This document shows, in pieces, positions 50,536 to 62,575 of a stretch of DNA of 64,000 nt; the first letter of the stretch is position 1, and each line of letters opens with the position of its first letter. The notes below the pieces were generated by a model. That model did not search any database and was not told the DNA's origin. It worked only from the letters and a program-made list of their open reading frames with translations. Source of the stretch: Malacoraja senta. Taxonomy: Eukaryota. A program made the translations under genes and the position numbers. The stretch covers positions 66,650,001-66,714,000 of the forward strand of contig CM075981.1 of the NCBI GenBank assembly GCA_038087875.1. The letters are read 5' to 3'.

Positions 50536-51879
50536 AGGCCCAGAGCAGCAGTGAAATGGAAGGGAACTTACCCATGGAGCTGTTGTGTCCATGAGGCGAG
50601 GAAAAAAAGCTGGCAGTCTGAAATTTTGCAAAGGCTGCGCTGAGAACCCATGGGGTGTCCTTTGTGATGCCAGTCAAGTAAAGATGGCAAAAGGGGATGG
50701 GGCTAGTGGGGGCGCCGTTTTAGATTTTTTAAAGTTAAAAATGTGAATAACTTGTAAAATATAACATCAATCTGAACGAAACTTGATACACCAGACCACA
50801 GGACAATTGTGAGTAAGGTGGTAGTGCTATCGTGTACTGTTTTGGCGTAGTTCCGGGATCACATGCGCACACAGGCAGACACACACACACACACATAGGA
50901 ACAGACAAAATGAGAATTTAGTAATATATAGATATACATTGGTTAAAGGAATTGTATGAATGCAAGATGGAGATAGAAGGATCTGCTTGTCAATGAAAAA
51001 AAAGGTGCTGGACCTCAGCATGTCAGGCAGCATCTTTGAAGGCTATGAATAAGCAATGTTTCAGGTCACGACCCTTCTTCAGACTGCAGGTTGCAAGTTA
51101 ACAATAAGTCACATCCAGCCACATGCCTGGATGTTGACAGCTATTGTTTACACATTACCTCATGGCTAAACATCTCCCACAGTAACTCTACAATGGAAAA
51201 CCAGTGACAGACATCTAGATAAATATATCCTCTCTCACTCTCCATCTCTTTCCCCTTTCAACTCCATATTGTCCCCAACATTACCTGCAGCCAGGACATA
51301 TTGAGAGCCCCACCAGCCTCCCATCTCAAACCAAGACCCTACTCAATTTAAGAGAACAATCAACCATTATCATTCAATTATTTAATCTCTTTGGAAAGGA
51401 GATACTGCACCTTCAGAGACCTTAATTGAAAGTTATTGTAACCTTGTATGCACGATAGTCCGCAAACCACACTGAACTTAATGGAGTTCCACATTTACCA
51501 CAACTACATTTAATTTGACCTGAGCAGAAGCAGTTAGACATTTAAATTGACCTGACCAGTTAGAAGAAAATGCAGTGAAAGAGTTGCAGAAAATATTTTG
51601 GCCAGTTATGAAACTGCCGAGGGTCGAGTGGCAAGTGGAATTGTACCGAGATAAATAAAATAATGTACACGGAACAAAACAAAAATGAACACAGGCATGG
51701 GAGGCTGATGTAAAGAGCTGATAAAATAAATTTAAAGCTGAAATGTGTAGGACCCTAATCAAAGAAAGAATTAAGTAACATGGTACCACTCACAGCTTCA
51801 GATGATTGCATGTTGCGAAGAGGCAATAAAACATGTTGATGGACCATTGACAAGGGAGACTACTACAACTCTTTGGAAC

Positions 51880-52955
51880 AACATTTGCCAACATGCCCTT
51901 TGGAGCAGATGGGGTACAGGGCATGTTGGCAAATTAGACCCAAAGTTAGCTTAATAATAGGAGGGCGAGGGTGATGTGAATGTGTCTGTGCTTGGAGGCC
52001 TGTGACCAGTGGTCTACCACAGGGATCGGTTGTGGGATCCTTACTATTTGTTATGTACATTAACACGTTTGATATGAATGCCAGCGGTATGTTTAGTAAG
52101 TTTGCAGACCACATGAAAAATGTGGAGATGATGATCGTGAGAAGAATAGTCATAGATGACAGGAAGATATTGGTCAGCTGGTAAAACGGGTAAAGCAAAG
52201 GCTGATGGAATTTAATCCTGATAAGCGAGTGATATGTACTTTGGAAGAGCCAACAAGGCCACATTCACTGTGAATCAAAGATCAAAGAAGGATCTTGATG
52301 TACAAGTCGAAAGACTCCTGAAACTGGCAGCACAGTAAAACCAGGTGGTGAAGAGTGCATATTGGATACTTTCTTTCATTAGTCATGGCATGGGAATGAA
52401 TACAAGAACAGAGATGTTACGATACAACTTTATAAAACATTTGTTAGGCCACAGCTGGAGTACTGTGCACATTTCTCGTTGCAAGCCGATAGCAAAAATG
52501 TGATTATACTGCAGAGGATGTTGTCTGGGATGGAGCATTTCAGTTATGAGGAGAAGCTGAAAAAGCTGGGCTTCTTTTCTTTTGACCCGATTGAAGTAAT
52601 TAATGTGATGAGGTGGAATAGATGATTCCCTGTACCACATGGACAACATTCCCCTTGGCAGAGGTGACAATAATTAGAGGGTATAGGTTTGGGTAGGGAG
52701 GGAAAAAAAAATTAGAGGAAATCTGAGAAAAAACTTTTCACCCAGCGGGTGGTTGCAGTCGGTATCGCACTGCCCGAGGTGGTGGTGGAGGCAGGTACTC
52801 TCACAACATTTAAGAAGCAGATAGACAACCAATGGAATCTCCAAAACAAAGAAGGCTATAGACCAAGTGCAGGTGATTGGGACTGGTGTGGATGGGTAAC
52901 TGATGGTCAGCACCAAAATACCAGGCCCGTTTCTCTGCTGCATGACTCTATAACT
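51880..52955 (+). mobile_element. Old CR1 LINE, RT core to 3' end
   Basis: TSGLPQGSVVGSLLFVMYIN...SKFADH, LVRPQLEYCAHF and a CR1 tail. Confidence 0.78.
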
Positions 52956-53169
52956 TTATCTCCTATGAATCATTCTTTGCAGTACAGTCACTGTTGTAAG
53001 AGATGAAACTTTCATCATTCATTTACTTGTGTTTATCACCAGCAAGGCCAGCATTTTTTGCCCGTGTTTATCCACTCATGAGATGTTTTTACATATGTGG
53101 CCATCAAATACATGAGACTGATGGTTTGTTAGGGCAGATAGACTGATCAAAAGCCAGGGACATCTGGTA

Positions 53170-54030
53170 TTGGTATATTATTGTCAAACGTGCCAAGATA
53201 CAGTGAAAAACTGCTTTGCGTGCCATCCAGGCAAATCATAACATAGTTCACCACAGTCAAACCACAGATAATTACAACAGGTGGTGGAAAGAGAAAATAA
53301 ACAAAAAGTGCAGAATGTGCTGTTAGAGTTACAAAGAATTAACAGATAAATAAAATTGCAAGTCTGCAATGAAGTAGAATAGGAGATCAGGACTACACTC
53401 TTTGCTTATGTAGTCTGATAACAGCAGGGAAGTAACTGTATCTGTGGTACATGCCTTCAAGCTTTAGTATCTCCTGCCCGATGGGAGAGGGAAGAAGAGG
53501 GAATGACTGGGGTGTAATTGGTCTTTGATTATGTTAGCTTCTGTACCTCCTTTCTGACAGTAGCACTGCGGAGATGTGATGGCCCGGATGGTGGGGATCC
53601 TGGATGATAGATGCTGCCTTCTTGGAGGCAGTGCATCATGTAGATGATTTTAATGGAGGGAAGGGCTGTAAGGACGTCCTTGATGGATGAGGCGGAGTCC
53701 ACCATTCTCTCCAACATCCTATTGCTGAAGTCGATGACCAGCTCTTTAGTTTTGTTGATACTGAGTAAAAGGTTGATGTCTTGACATTGTGCTATTGGTC
53801 TCTCTATTTCCTTCCTATACGCTATCTCGTCATTGTTTGAGATCCTGCCCATTATAGTAGAGTCATCTGCAAACTTGTAAATGCAGTTATAGCTGAACCC
53901 GCCATGCCACACAGTCAGGAGTGCACAGGGAATATAACAAGAGGCTGAGAACGTGGCCTTGTGAGGTACTGGTGTCAAGATATACATGGAGGATGGTTTG
54001 TTGCCTATACTCACTGGAAGATGAGTGGGA
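53170..54030 (-). mobile_element. Rex1/Babar-clade LINE fragment
   Basis: IYKFADDSTIMGRISNNDEIAYRKEIE...NLLLSINKTKELVIDF. Confidence 0.78.
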
Positions 54031-54459
54031 GGAAGGTGGGAGTAGACGCAACATTTCTCCTCCAGGACAACCACCCGAGGGCTGAAAGCTGCCTCCTTTT
54101 ATCACACAGCACATAAGCAGTTAATTTGTCCATTGTGTCTGTGCCAGATGTGAAAGAGAAACCCACTTACCCTCACCTTCCACCATTTTTCCTGCAAGAT
54201 TTCCCTTCACACATTTATATTATTTTCTCATTTGAAAGTTACATTTAAATATCCTACATCCACCTTTTCAGATAGTGCATTTCAGAATATAACTAGCTGT
54301 GAACCCCACCCACCCACTCTCCTTCGCATTCCTTTCACTAAACTTTCTTTGGCAATTCGCTTAAATCCATGGTCTCTGGTTATTTGCATGTAAGTAGCTT
54401 GTTTCCATGGACCCAAACGTCATGCTTTGCAGGTCTGAGCATTTAGAAGCAAAGAAAGA

Positions 54460-54792
54460 AATAGGCCCTTCGGCCCACCGAGTCCATGCAAAGAAGTCAG
54501 CAATCACCCATTTATACTAATCCCACTTTAATTCCATTTTTTTCTTCTCCCCACATTCTCCTCAAATCCCACCTGATTCTACCACTCACTTGCACATTAG
54601 ACACCGTGTACAGTGGCCAACTAATCTACCAAGCTGCACATCTTTGGGATGTGGGAGGAAACCAGAGCACCCAAAGGAAACCCATGCGATCACAAGAAGA
54701 ATGTATCGATTCCACACAGCAGCACATGGGGTCAGGAGGAGCCCGGATCTCTGGAACTGAGGCAACAGCTCCACTAGTTGCGCCACTGTGCT
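54460..54792 (-). mobile_element. V-SINE (HE1-like)
   Basis: Reverse tail AGGCCCTTCGGCCCACCGAGTCC, V-domain GTGGGAGGAAACC and head TGCGCCACTGTGC. Confidence 0.7.
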
Positions 54793-55299
54793 GCTTTTGT
54801 CATTTAATTGATATTTTCTTCCACGAGTCTTGCATTAAAAGTATAGTACTTAATGAATCAAATCTACTGTCCCTAAGGGAGCTCTTATCAGGTATTTAAT
54901 CCCTCCTTTATCTTCCATGCTCCAAAGAAGTTAGTCTAGCTACTCTGCAGAACTGCAGTCCCTTATCCCTAAACCATCTTGGCCAATCTTCCCCAATATC
55001 CCTGAACTTGTTGCTGCTTTGACTAATATGAGATGCAGTTTTGCAGAGTATTGATTCTGTTACTCGTGGTAATCTGGAGATATTCCAGGTTCTCCGAATG
55101 GTTGCTTCATGGAGAAATAACATTCAGCCTGTCCAGTATGTACCAGCTCCATGTAAGAACAGTCCAGCTAATCCAACACTCCACCATCTCTCTATAAATT
55201 ATTTCCATACAGACATCCATCTCATGTATGGAATGACTGCACTAATGTATGGTATGATCTGCCAGGCTAGCATGCAAAACAGTTTTTCACTGAATCTTT

Positions 55300-55555
55300 G
55301 TACAGTGACTCAGCGGTTGAGTTACTTCCTTATAGCGCCAGAGACCTAGGTTCGATCCTGACTATAGGTGTTGTCTGTACGGAGTTTGTGCGTTCTCCCT
55401 GGGCTTTCTCTGGGTGCTCCGGTTTCCTCCCACATTCCAAAGATATGCAGGTTTGTAGCTTAATTGGCTTCTGTGAATTGTCCCTGGTGTGTAGGTTAGA
55501 ATTAGTGTACGGGGATGATCACTGGGCTCTGTGATCCGAAGGGCTTTTTCACATT
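55300..55555 (+). mobile_element. V-SINE (HE1-like)
   Basis: B box GGTTCGATCC and V-domain GGAGTTTGTGCGTTCTCCC...GGGTGCTCCGGTTTCCTCCCAC. Confidence 0.8.
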
Positions 55556-56361
55556 CTCGACACCAATACCAATACCATCGCTATTCCCCCCATAGATGCT
55601 GCCTGACAGCTGACTTCTTCCAGCTCTTAGTGTTTGGCTCAAGATTCTAGCATCTGCAGTCCTGGTGTCTCCAATACCATTTAGCTCCCTTTTGAACATG
55701 ACAAAGATTTGCCTCCATTCTTAAGCCCTCTACAGGCAGAATAGATTCTGCCTGTGTCTATGTCCTTCTTGATTTTAATATCCTTCAGAAGTTCTCACAA
55801 CCTCCTGTGTTCCATAGAGAACAGCCCTAGCCTCTCCGCTCTATCCATAAAACTAAAGCCCCTCATCCCTGGAAATCAATTAGGGGAGAAGTCTCTTCCA
55901 CACCCTTGCCAAACCCTTTACATCCTTTCTGAAGTGTGGTGCCCTGAACTGGACACAATACTCCACTTAGAGACAAACCAATGTACAAGTCCTCATCATG
56001 ACTTCCTTTGCCTCTCTTTGTAAAGCCAAGGATCCTGCTACACTTTTCAACCAATTTTCCAACCTACTCTGCCACTTTCAATGAAATGTGCATATATCCC
56101 AGGACTTCTCTATTCTTGCACCCCCTTGTGCCGTCCTGTTTGTATTATCTTTTCTCATGCTTTCTGTCAAAGTGTATAATGTTGTATTTCTCAGCACTAT
56201 ATTTTGTCTGCCCATTCCAAAGCTTGTCTGTATCTCTTCGAAATCTATTACCGCCTTCCTCACTCTTCATGATCTTTGCATTAAGCCCCAACGAATGCTC
56301 CACTTCCCTGGGAAAAGAAAAACAACCGTTCAGCCCTATTCAAAAATCAAACTGCTGGAGG

Positions 56362-56887
56362 AACATAGAAACATAGAAAATAGGTGCAGGAGTAGGCCAT
56401 TCGGCCCTTCGAGCCTGCACCGCCATTCAATATGATCATGGCTGATCATCCAACTCAGTATCCTGTACCTGCCTTCTCTCCATACCCCCTGATCCCTTTA
56501 GCCACAAGGGCCACATCTAACTCCCTCTTAAATATAGCCAATGAACTGGCCTCAACTACCTTCTGTGGCAGAGAATTCCACAGATTCACCACTCTGTGTG
56601 AAAAATGATTTTCTCATCTCGGTCCTAAAAGATTTCCCCCTTATCCTTAAACTGTGACCCCTTGTTCTGGACTTCCCCAACATCGGGAACAATCTTCCTG
56701 CATCTAGCCTGTCCAACCCCTTAAGAATCTTGTAAGTTTCTATAAGATCCCCTCTCAATCTTCTAAATTCTAGCGAGTACAAGCCGAGTCTATCCAGTCT
56801 TTCTTCATATGAAAGTCCTGCCATCCCAGGAATCAGTCTGGTGAACCTTCTCTGTACTCCCTCTATGGCCAGAATGTCTTTCCTCAG
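56362..56887 (-). mobile_element. Young CR1 LINE 3' fragment, nearly identical to the 41.8-kb copy
   Basis: RKDILAIEGVQRRFTRLIPGMAGLSYEERLDRLGLYSLEF with a (TTTCTATG)n tail. Inserted into a PLE remnant. Confidence 0.92.
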
Positions 56888-57859
56888 CAGGTCAGGCAGC
56901 ATCTGTGGTGAGAGGGGACGAATTGTAAATGTTTTGGGTCAAGACCCTCAATCCCGATGCAGGATCTCGACCCAAAGTATTTATAATCCCATTCCCTCCA
57001 CAGATGCTGCCTGACCCATTGAGTACCTCCAGCAGTTTGATTTTTGAACAGGAATGACCAGTTGTTCTTCCCCCCCCCCCCCGCAGGGAAGTGGATAATT
57101 TGTTGGGGCTTAATGCAAAGATCATGAAGAGTGAAGAAGGTTTTTGCTCCAGATTCCAGTACATGTTGTCTCTTGTGTCTCATGTCCACTCTTATTCTCT
57201 GTTTCTTGTAATTTTCTCCGTTTCTTTACCTGCTGCTACAGCCTCTTATATTTCTTTGGCTTCAATCTTGATGACACCTATTAATTGGTCATCTGTCAAA
57301 GCCTTCTCAAGCTCATATACATCACATCAACCATATTTCCCTTATCGACCCTTTACTTTACTTCATCAAAAAAAATCATTCACCATCCATGTTGGCTTTC
57401 TTTAATCATTCCACACTAGCACAAGTGACTGTTATTTCTGCCCCTGAGTGTTGTCTTGGGAAACATCACATCACTAAACTGAGTTTAAATCTTACAAGGC
57501 AATTTTAGAATTTTGAATTATCTATGAAAAACAAACAAAGGTCTTGTAGCCAAGGTGATAATAAAACTGTTGGATTAGCGCAAACCCCAAACGGTACAAA
57601 ATGATAATTTACAGTAGGAAACCCTTATTGTCACTAAGTCCGGCTCGAGCTGTGACTCCATCTTACACTGATGTAGGTGATTCATTGAGGTGGGTCTGCT
57701 AACCTTCCACTCTTTTACCGATGATAGGTACAATGGTTGAAGGATTTAAAATATTATTTGATGTAGGTGTCAATGTCACAAAGCATGGATGCAGGCCCTT
57801 TGGCCCATTGTGTTCATGCCAGCCACAATAAGTATCCCTATGGTCTACAACTCTGTCCT

Positions 57860-58720
57860 CATCAGCAGAGCTGCGGTAGAGATGGTCAAGATGTAGAAAC
57901 AAAGAACTGCAGCTTCTGGTTTATACCAAAGATAGACACAAAGTGCTGGAGTAACTCTGCGGGTCAGGCAGCATCTCTGGAGAAAAAAGATGGGTGATAT
58001 TTCAAGTCGGGACCCTTCATCAGATGGTCAACAGCTTCAAGTTCCTACTAGGCATCCATACTCCAGCAATCAAAAGTGGTCCCTTCATACTGATACGGTG
58101 ATCAAGAATGCACATCAGCATATTTAGGTGCCCAAGAAGATTTGACATATCCATAAGGATTCTCTCAAACGTCTAGAGGAGTTATGGAAACTATTCTTAA
58201 CAGGATGCATCTAAGCAAGGTACAGTGACTAGTCCTCTTGACTTCTTAAAACTGCAGATAGTCTGCCCAGTCCATCACAGGTTCATCATTTCATTCTATC
58301 CAGCCCATCTTCATGGTGCTTGAAGGCTGAAAGGACTGTAAAGGATGCTGTCACCCTGGCCATTCCCTTTTATCTCTTCTCCTTTCTAGGAGGATACAGG
58401 GGCTTGAAGGCCTGGACATGCAGACTTAAGAAGACCTCCTTCCCCATGACTATCAGACTCCTGAATCAGTCACCTCTTTCACATCCCTTCCCAGACGTAC
58501 TACCAGGTATTATTACTCTTAACTCTACCTGATTCAGTTATTATATTATTGCATTTTAGTTTTTGTTTTACACTGCTTCAGATTGTACAGCATTCTGCTG
58601 TTGTGCATTTGTCATTGTATTCTTTGGTATATTTGTCATTATCTATATTGTCAATTCTGTGAGCTTCATGGGAACAAGGAATTTATTTGCGCCCTATATG
58701 AAAATATACTAATCCGAGTT
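57860..58720 (+). mobile_element. Rex1/Babar-clade 3' fragment interrupted by a PLE end (~57894-58022)
   Basis: Similar to 38560-39135 in the opposite orientation. The PLE insert is flanked by AGATGGTCAA repeats and carries CTGATGA...GAAA on the minus strand. Confidence 0.6.
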
Positions 58721-58984
58721 TGAACCTGAATCTGAATGTGTGCTGAAGGGTGTGGACAGAGACCATGTGGGTGTGTGGACAGAGTGTAAGTGGGTGTGTG
58801 GACAGAACTAGGGGTGGTCCGGAAATCTAAGTTCGGGAATGTGTGCAAGTCTACAGCTAGAGCTGGGGTCCAGAGAGCTTGTTTGTTTTCTGATCCTTTT
58901 AAGCTCACTATGTTCACTGGAAATTTTATTATACAACTGTTGCAATACGTATAAACAATGTGAAAATAATGTGTTTTGGGTTTC

Positions 58985-59072
58985 TAGTAAAAGCATAATA
59001 TCCAATAATCCAGAGAATCTGCCAGACCAACACCCAAATCCCAAGAGTGCTGGTTTATTGGAGTTTTCTGTA
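58985..59072. mobile_element. Tiny degenerate Tc1/pogo-type MITE
   Basis: TAGTAAAA...TCCAATAA mirrored by TTATTGGAGTTTTCTGTA. A related sequence lies at ~48760-48837. Confidence 0.35.
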
Positions 59073-59189
59073 CTTCCCAGGGCCCTTACCATTCTTTATG
59101 TCTATCCTAGTCTTGTTAGTCATTTAAAAAAAAGCATAATTTAACATTTCTTTCAGGGTTAAATTCCATCTCTTCTGTACCAGCTGCAA

Positions 59190-59730
59190 AGCTTCCAGAT
59201 CCTTTTTGTAAAACCATGACCAGAACTGTACACAATATGTGCCTATGTGGCCAAAGCAAAGTTTTACACAGCGGCATCATGACTAACTTTTATACTCAGC
59301 ACCCAGACAAATGAAGGCAAGCATATCATTCTCCTTGTTTACCATCCTATATGCTTGAGTTGGGCATATTCAAGAAGCTATAGACTATGTACTCTAACAT
59401 CCCTCTGTATATCAATGAGACATTTAATATATACTCACCTTAAATTTGATTTCCCAAATTGCAAACCTCAGACATATCTGCAATAAATGTCATCTTACAT
59501 TTATTTGCCTTTATTTCCGATGTCCTGCAGAATCTATTGACAACATTCCTCATTATCTCCATCGTTTTTTTTACTTCAGCTGAAAACGTACTAATCAGCC
59601 CAACTACATTTCCATCCAAATCAGTTATATATTGCAAAAAAGACAGAGGTCCCAGCACTGATTCTTGTGGAACACCATTAGTTACAGATCTCCAGTCAGA
59701 ATATCATCCCTCCATCACTACCCTCTGTCT
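59190..59730 (-). mobile_element. Old CR1 LINE RT fragment
   Basis: GVPQESVLGPLSFLQYITDLDGNVVGLISTF. Confidence 0.7.
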
Positions 59731-59732
59731 TC

Positions 59733-60105
59733 TATTTTTATTTATTTTATTTTTATTTATTTATTCCGAACAAGTAAAGACATTAAAGACATTGATATTA
59801 ACAAAATCGAAATTATCAAACAATTGAACATTGCAATCAACATTTACAATTGAGAAGAACAAAATCAAGGTTCCAATGTCCAACTCAGAGTCTGTACAAG
59901 CTCGAAAAGGAGTGAGAAGAAGAATAACTTATTAAATCTCACCCCTTTTCCCCAACACTTCTATCGTATTTAAAAATCAATTCCTTACTAATAATAGTAC
60001 TGCCCTAGGCAATTTCCCATAATACATACAGACACTTATATACATACAACTATTATGTACATACAATCTTCATATTTGAAGTACCCAACATCAGTGAACA
60101 ATAGT
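59733..60105 (-). mobile_element. AT-rich retroposon 3' end (family uncertain) inserted into CR1
   Basis: (TTTA)n tail on the plus strand and a subterminal hairpin-like AAAAGGAGTGAGA...TCTCACCCCTTTT. Confidence 0.4.
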
Positions 60106-61139
60106 AAACCAATTTTGGCCAACCAATTTTGATCCAATCTACCATGGACTTTGGAGCATTCTACCAAACGGCCTTACTGAAGTACATTTAGACTACATCA
60201 AACATACTCCCCGCATCATCATGCTTAAAAACTTCATTCATATTAGTCATACTGGATTTTCCCCTAACAAAGCCAAGATAACGATCCTCGAGTAATCCCT
60301 CCTCACCCCAAGTGTAGATTAATGCTGTCCCTGGAACTTTTTCCTATAAATTCCTTACTACAGATGTTCGACTCACGGTCCCGGAATAACCTGAGTTATC
60401 CTTGGCGACCTTCTTGAATAAAAGGTGCCACGTTTGGTGTCCCTGTGTCATCTGGCACCTCTTCTGTGCCCAGAGACATTTCTGTCAGACCCCCAGTAAA
60501 TCACCTCCTTACATTTTTGGTCATTATTCAATCATTATTAACTCAAGTCTATGGAAATATATCCTCATTCATTCGTACCTGAATGTGTCAGACGCAGAGC
60601 CGTCTTCAAGAGGTAGTAATTACCGAGAGAGTATCTGCGCTGGGCTGAAGATCCTTCCTTGAAAGTTGTGTAATGCTCGTCCCGCCAGGCAGACTCATAA
60701 ATCACACGGCACATGGGAAGGTAGCTGGCCGCTTGCTGTCAGTCTTGCAACTAGTTTTCAATTATTCTGCTGATACTATCACTTGTCTCATCATCACCAG
60801 GCCAATGGGATCACATGGCTTGACAGCTTCGAATAGCAAAGCCCGCAAAGGTTCATTCGTACCTGAAAGGTTATCAGGGACTAACTCGTGCCGATATTTA
60901 GAGTCCATGGGATGGTTCTTTGTTCACACAAAATCGCGATTTTAATCACATCTTTTATTGAGTGAACGCTACATGAAGTTTCTACACAACTGTAACAACA
61001 TTAAAGGTTATAAGGTAAAACGGTTCGATATTTATTAGGTGAGCATACTATGTGGTTTGATTCTGAACTGTATTAACAAAGAGGGTGTCGGGACTCGCAT
61101 CTAAGTGCCCGAGTATTGAATGAGAGACAGTGTTGGAAG

Positions 61140-61338
61140 TGGTGGCGCAGCGGTAGGGTTGCTGCCTTGCAGCGCCTGAAACCCGGGTTCGATCCTGACT
61201 GCGAGTTTGTTCGTTTTCTCCGGGTGCTCCGGTTTCCTCCCACACACATTCCAAGGACCTACAGGTTTGTGGGTTAATTGGCTGATGTTGGACGGCGCTG
61301 ACTCGGTGGGCCTGCTTCCGCGGTATCTCTAAACTAAA
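61140..61338 (+). mobile_element. Internally deleted V-SINE
   Basis: GGTGGCGCAGCGGTAG, GGTTCGATCC, CCGGGTGCTCCGGTTTCCTCCCAC and (CTAAA)n. Confidence 0.8.
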
Positions 61339-61359
61339 ATAGAGTGGCGCAGTTTATAA

Positions 61360-61690
61360 CTTTGAATGAGGGAACTGTAGTTTCAAGTCCCACCCCAGAC
61401 ACTCCAGTGGATTTGTAGAGGCACTGACTTTCAGCCGAAACTTTAAGCTGGTCTGCTCTCTCAGCTGGATGCAGCCCAAAAAAATCCCACCGCGTTGTTT
61501 ACAGAAGAGCAGTGGAGGTCTGCAGCCCTAACTCGTCCCTCAACTGAAAATCAATCAGTATCACCTGATCACAATTATATCACTGTGTGTGGGATCTTAC
61601 TGTGCATAAACTGTTTGCTACACGAACACACTTTGGAAAAGTAGTTAATGGTCTGTGAAACAACTCGGACCAAGTCAGGAACAGTGCTAA
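61360..61690 (+). mobile_element. Deu-domain SINE remnant
   Basis: GTTTCAAGTCCCAC, GACACTCCAGTG, CTGCTCTCTCAGCTGGATG, GAAGAGCAG and TGTGGGATCTTACTGTGC. Confidence 0.55.
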
Positions 61691-61753
61691 CATTAACTTG
61701 AGATAAATGTTGGCAAAGCTTGTACTAAAGCATGGAAAATCGTCATGTGTCAG

Positions 61754-62554
61754 ATTATACTATTCGAAAGCTAAATTAAGTAAATTTTACCCAAATACCA
61801 CTTCTATCTGTGATAAATGCCTAACCCAAGAAGCAACTATAGCACATTCTTTTGTTTTTTGTATAAAAATCCAAAAATTTTGGAATGAAATTTTTGAAAT
61901 TTTCACGAAATTATTTAAAATAAAACTGAAACCGAATGCAGAACTGATTATTTTTGGAACAATAGAAGTAAGTTTGGAGCTGACTTCGTTTCAAAGGAGT
62001 TTTCTTAATTATGGCTTAATAACGGCAAAAAAACGTATACTGAAATTTTGGAAAAACGCTCCCACGCCAACGACAAAAATGTGGATTTCTAATATGTCGG
62101 AATTGTTACACCTAGAAGATATGAGATTCCTCTTAGCAGGTAAACCAGACCAATTCCAAAAGATTTGGTCTCCATTTATCGACTTATTACAAACATAGGG
62201 TGCAACGAAATGTTGATAATAAATGGTTTCAGGACCTGGCGAGGGGTGAGTAAAGATAAGAAGTAGGTACATCCCTTTCATATTGTCCTATCTTATCTTA
62301 TTTTTTCTTTTTTCTTTTTCCTCCTTTTGGTTTTACTCTTTTTTTAAAAACTATTTCTTGTGGTTTAGGTCCATATGGGTGTTCCTGGACCACTCTTTCA
62401 ATCACTCACTTATTTTCTTTACTAACTCTTTCTATCCTTTTTTCTTATTAAAGTTTAAAATAAGTGGTACAAGAAAAGTATAAACTTACGTTTATTGGAG
62501 ATTACTGTAATGTACAATACTTCTAATAAAATAAAAAATAAAAAAATAAAAAAA
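61754..62554 (+). mobile_element. 5'-truncated L1-clade LINE (ORF2 zinc-knuckle C-terminus, 3' UTR, poly-A)
   Basis: Open frame with CDKC-8x-H-4x-C...FW...LITAKKRILKFWK and an AATAAA/A-rich tail. TSD TCATG(T/C)GTCAG at 61743-53 and 62555-65. Confidence 0.88.
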
Positions 62555-62575
62555 TCATGCGTCAGCTATTGACTA

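Larger units (their letters stand above)
49574..50932 (-). mobile_element. Non-autonomous Helitron with internal minisatellites
   Basis: Minus strand starts A^TCTATATATTA and ends GGGACC-TAACG-GGTCCC (hairpin) AGTTGGT-CTAG^T. This gives 5'-TC, 3'-CTRR, a subterminal hairpin and an A/T target with no TSD. A (TG)n tract lies near the 5' end. Confidence 0.85.

Noticed and set aside
50700-50718. CTCF-like motif inside the Helitron
   Set aside because: Only the GGGGGCGC half matches; too weak without a matrix score.
58745-58806. Three ~23-bp GTGTGGACAGA repeats
   Set aside because: Ordinary short slippage repeat with no further structure.
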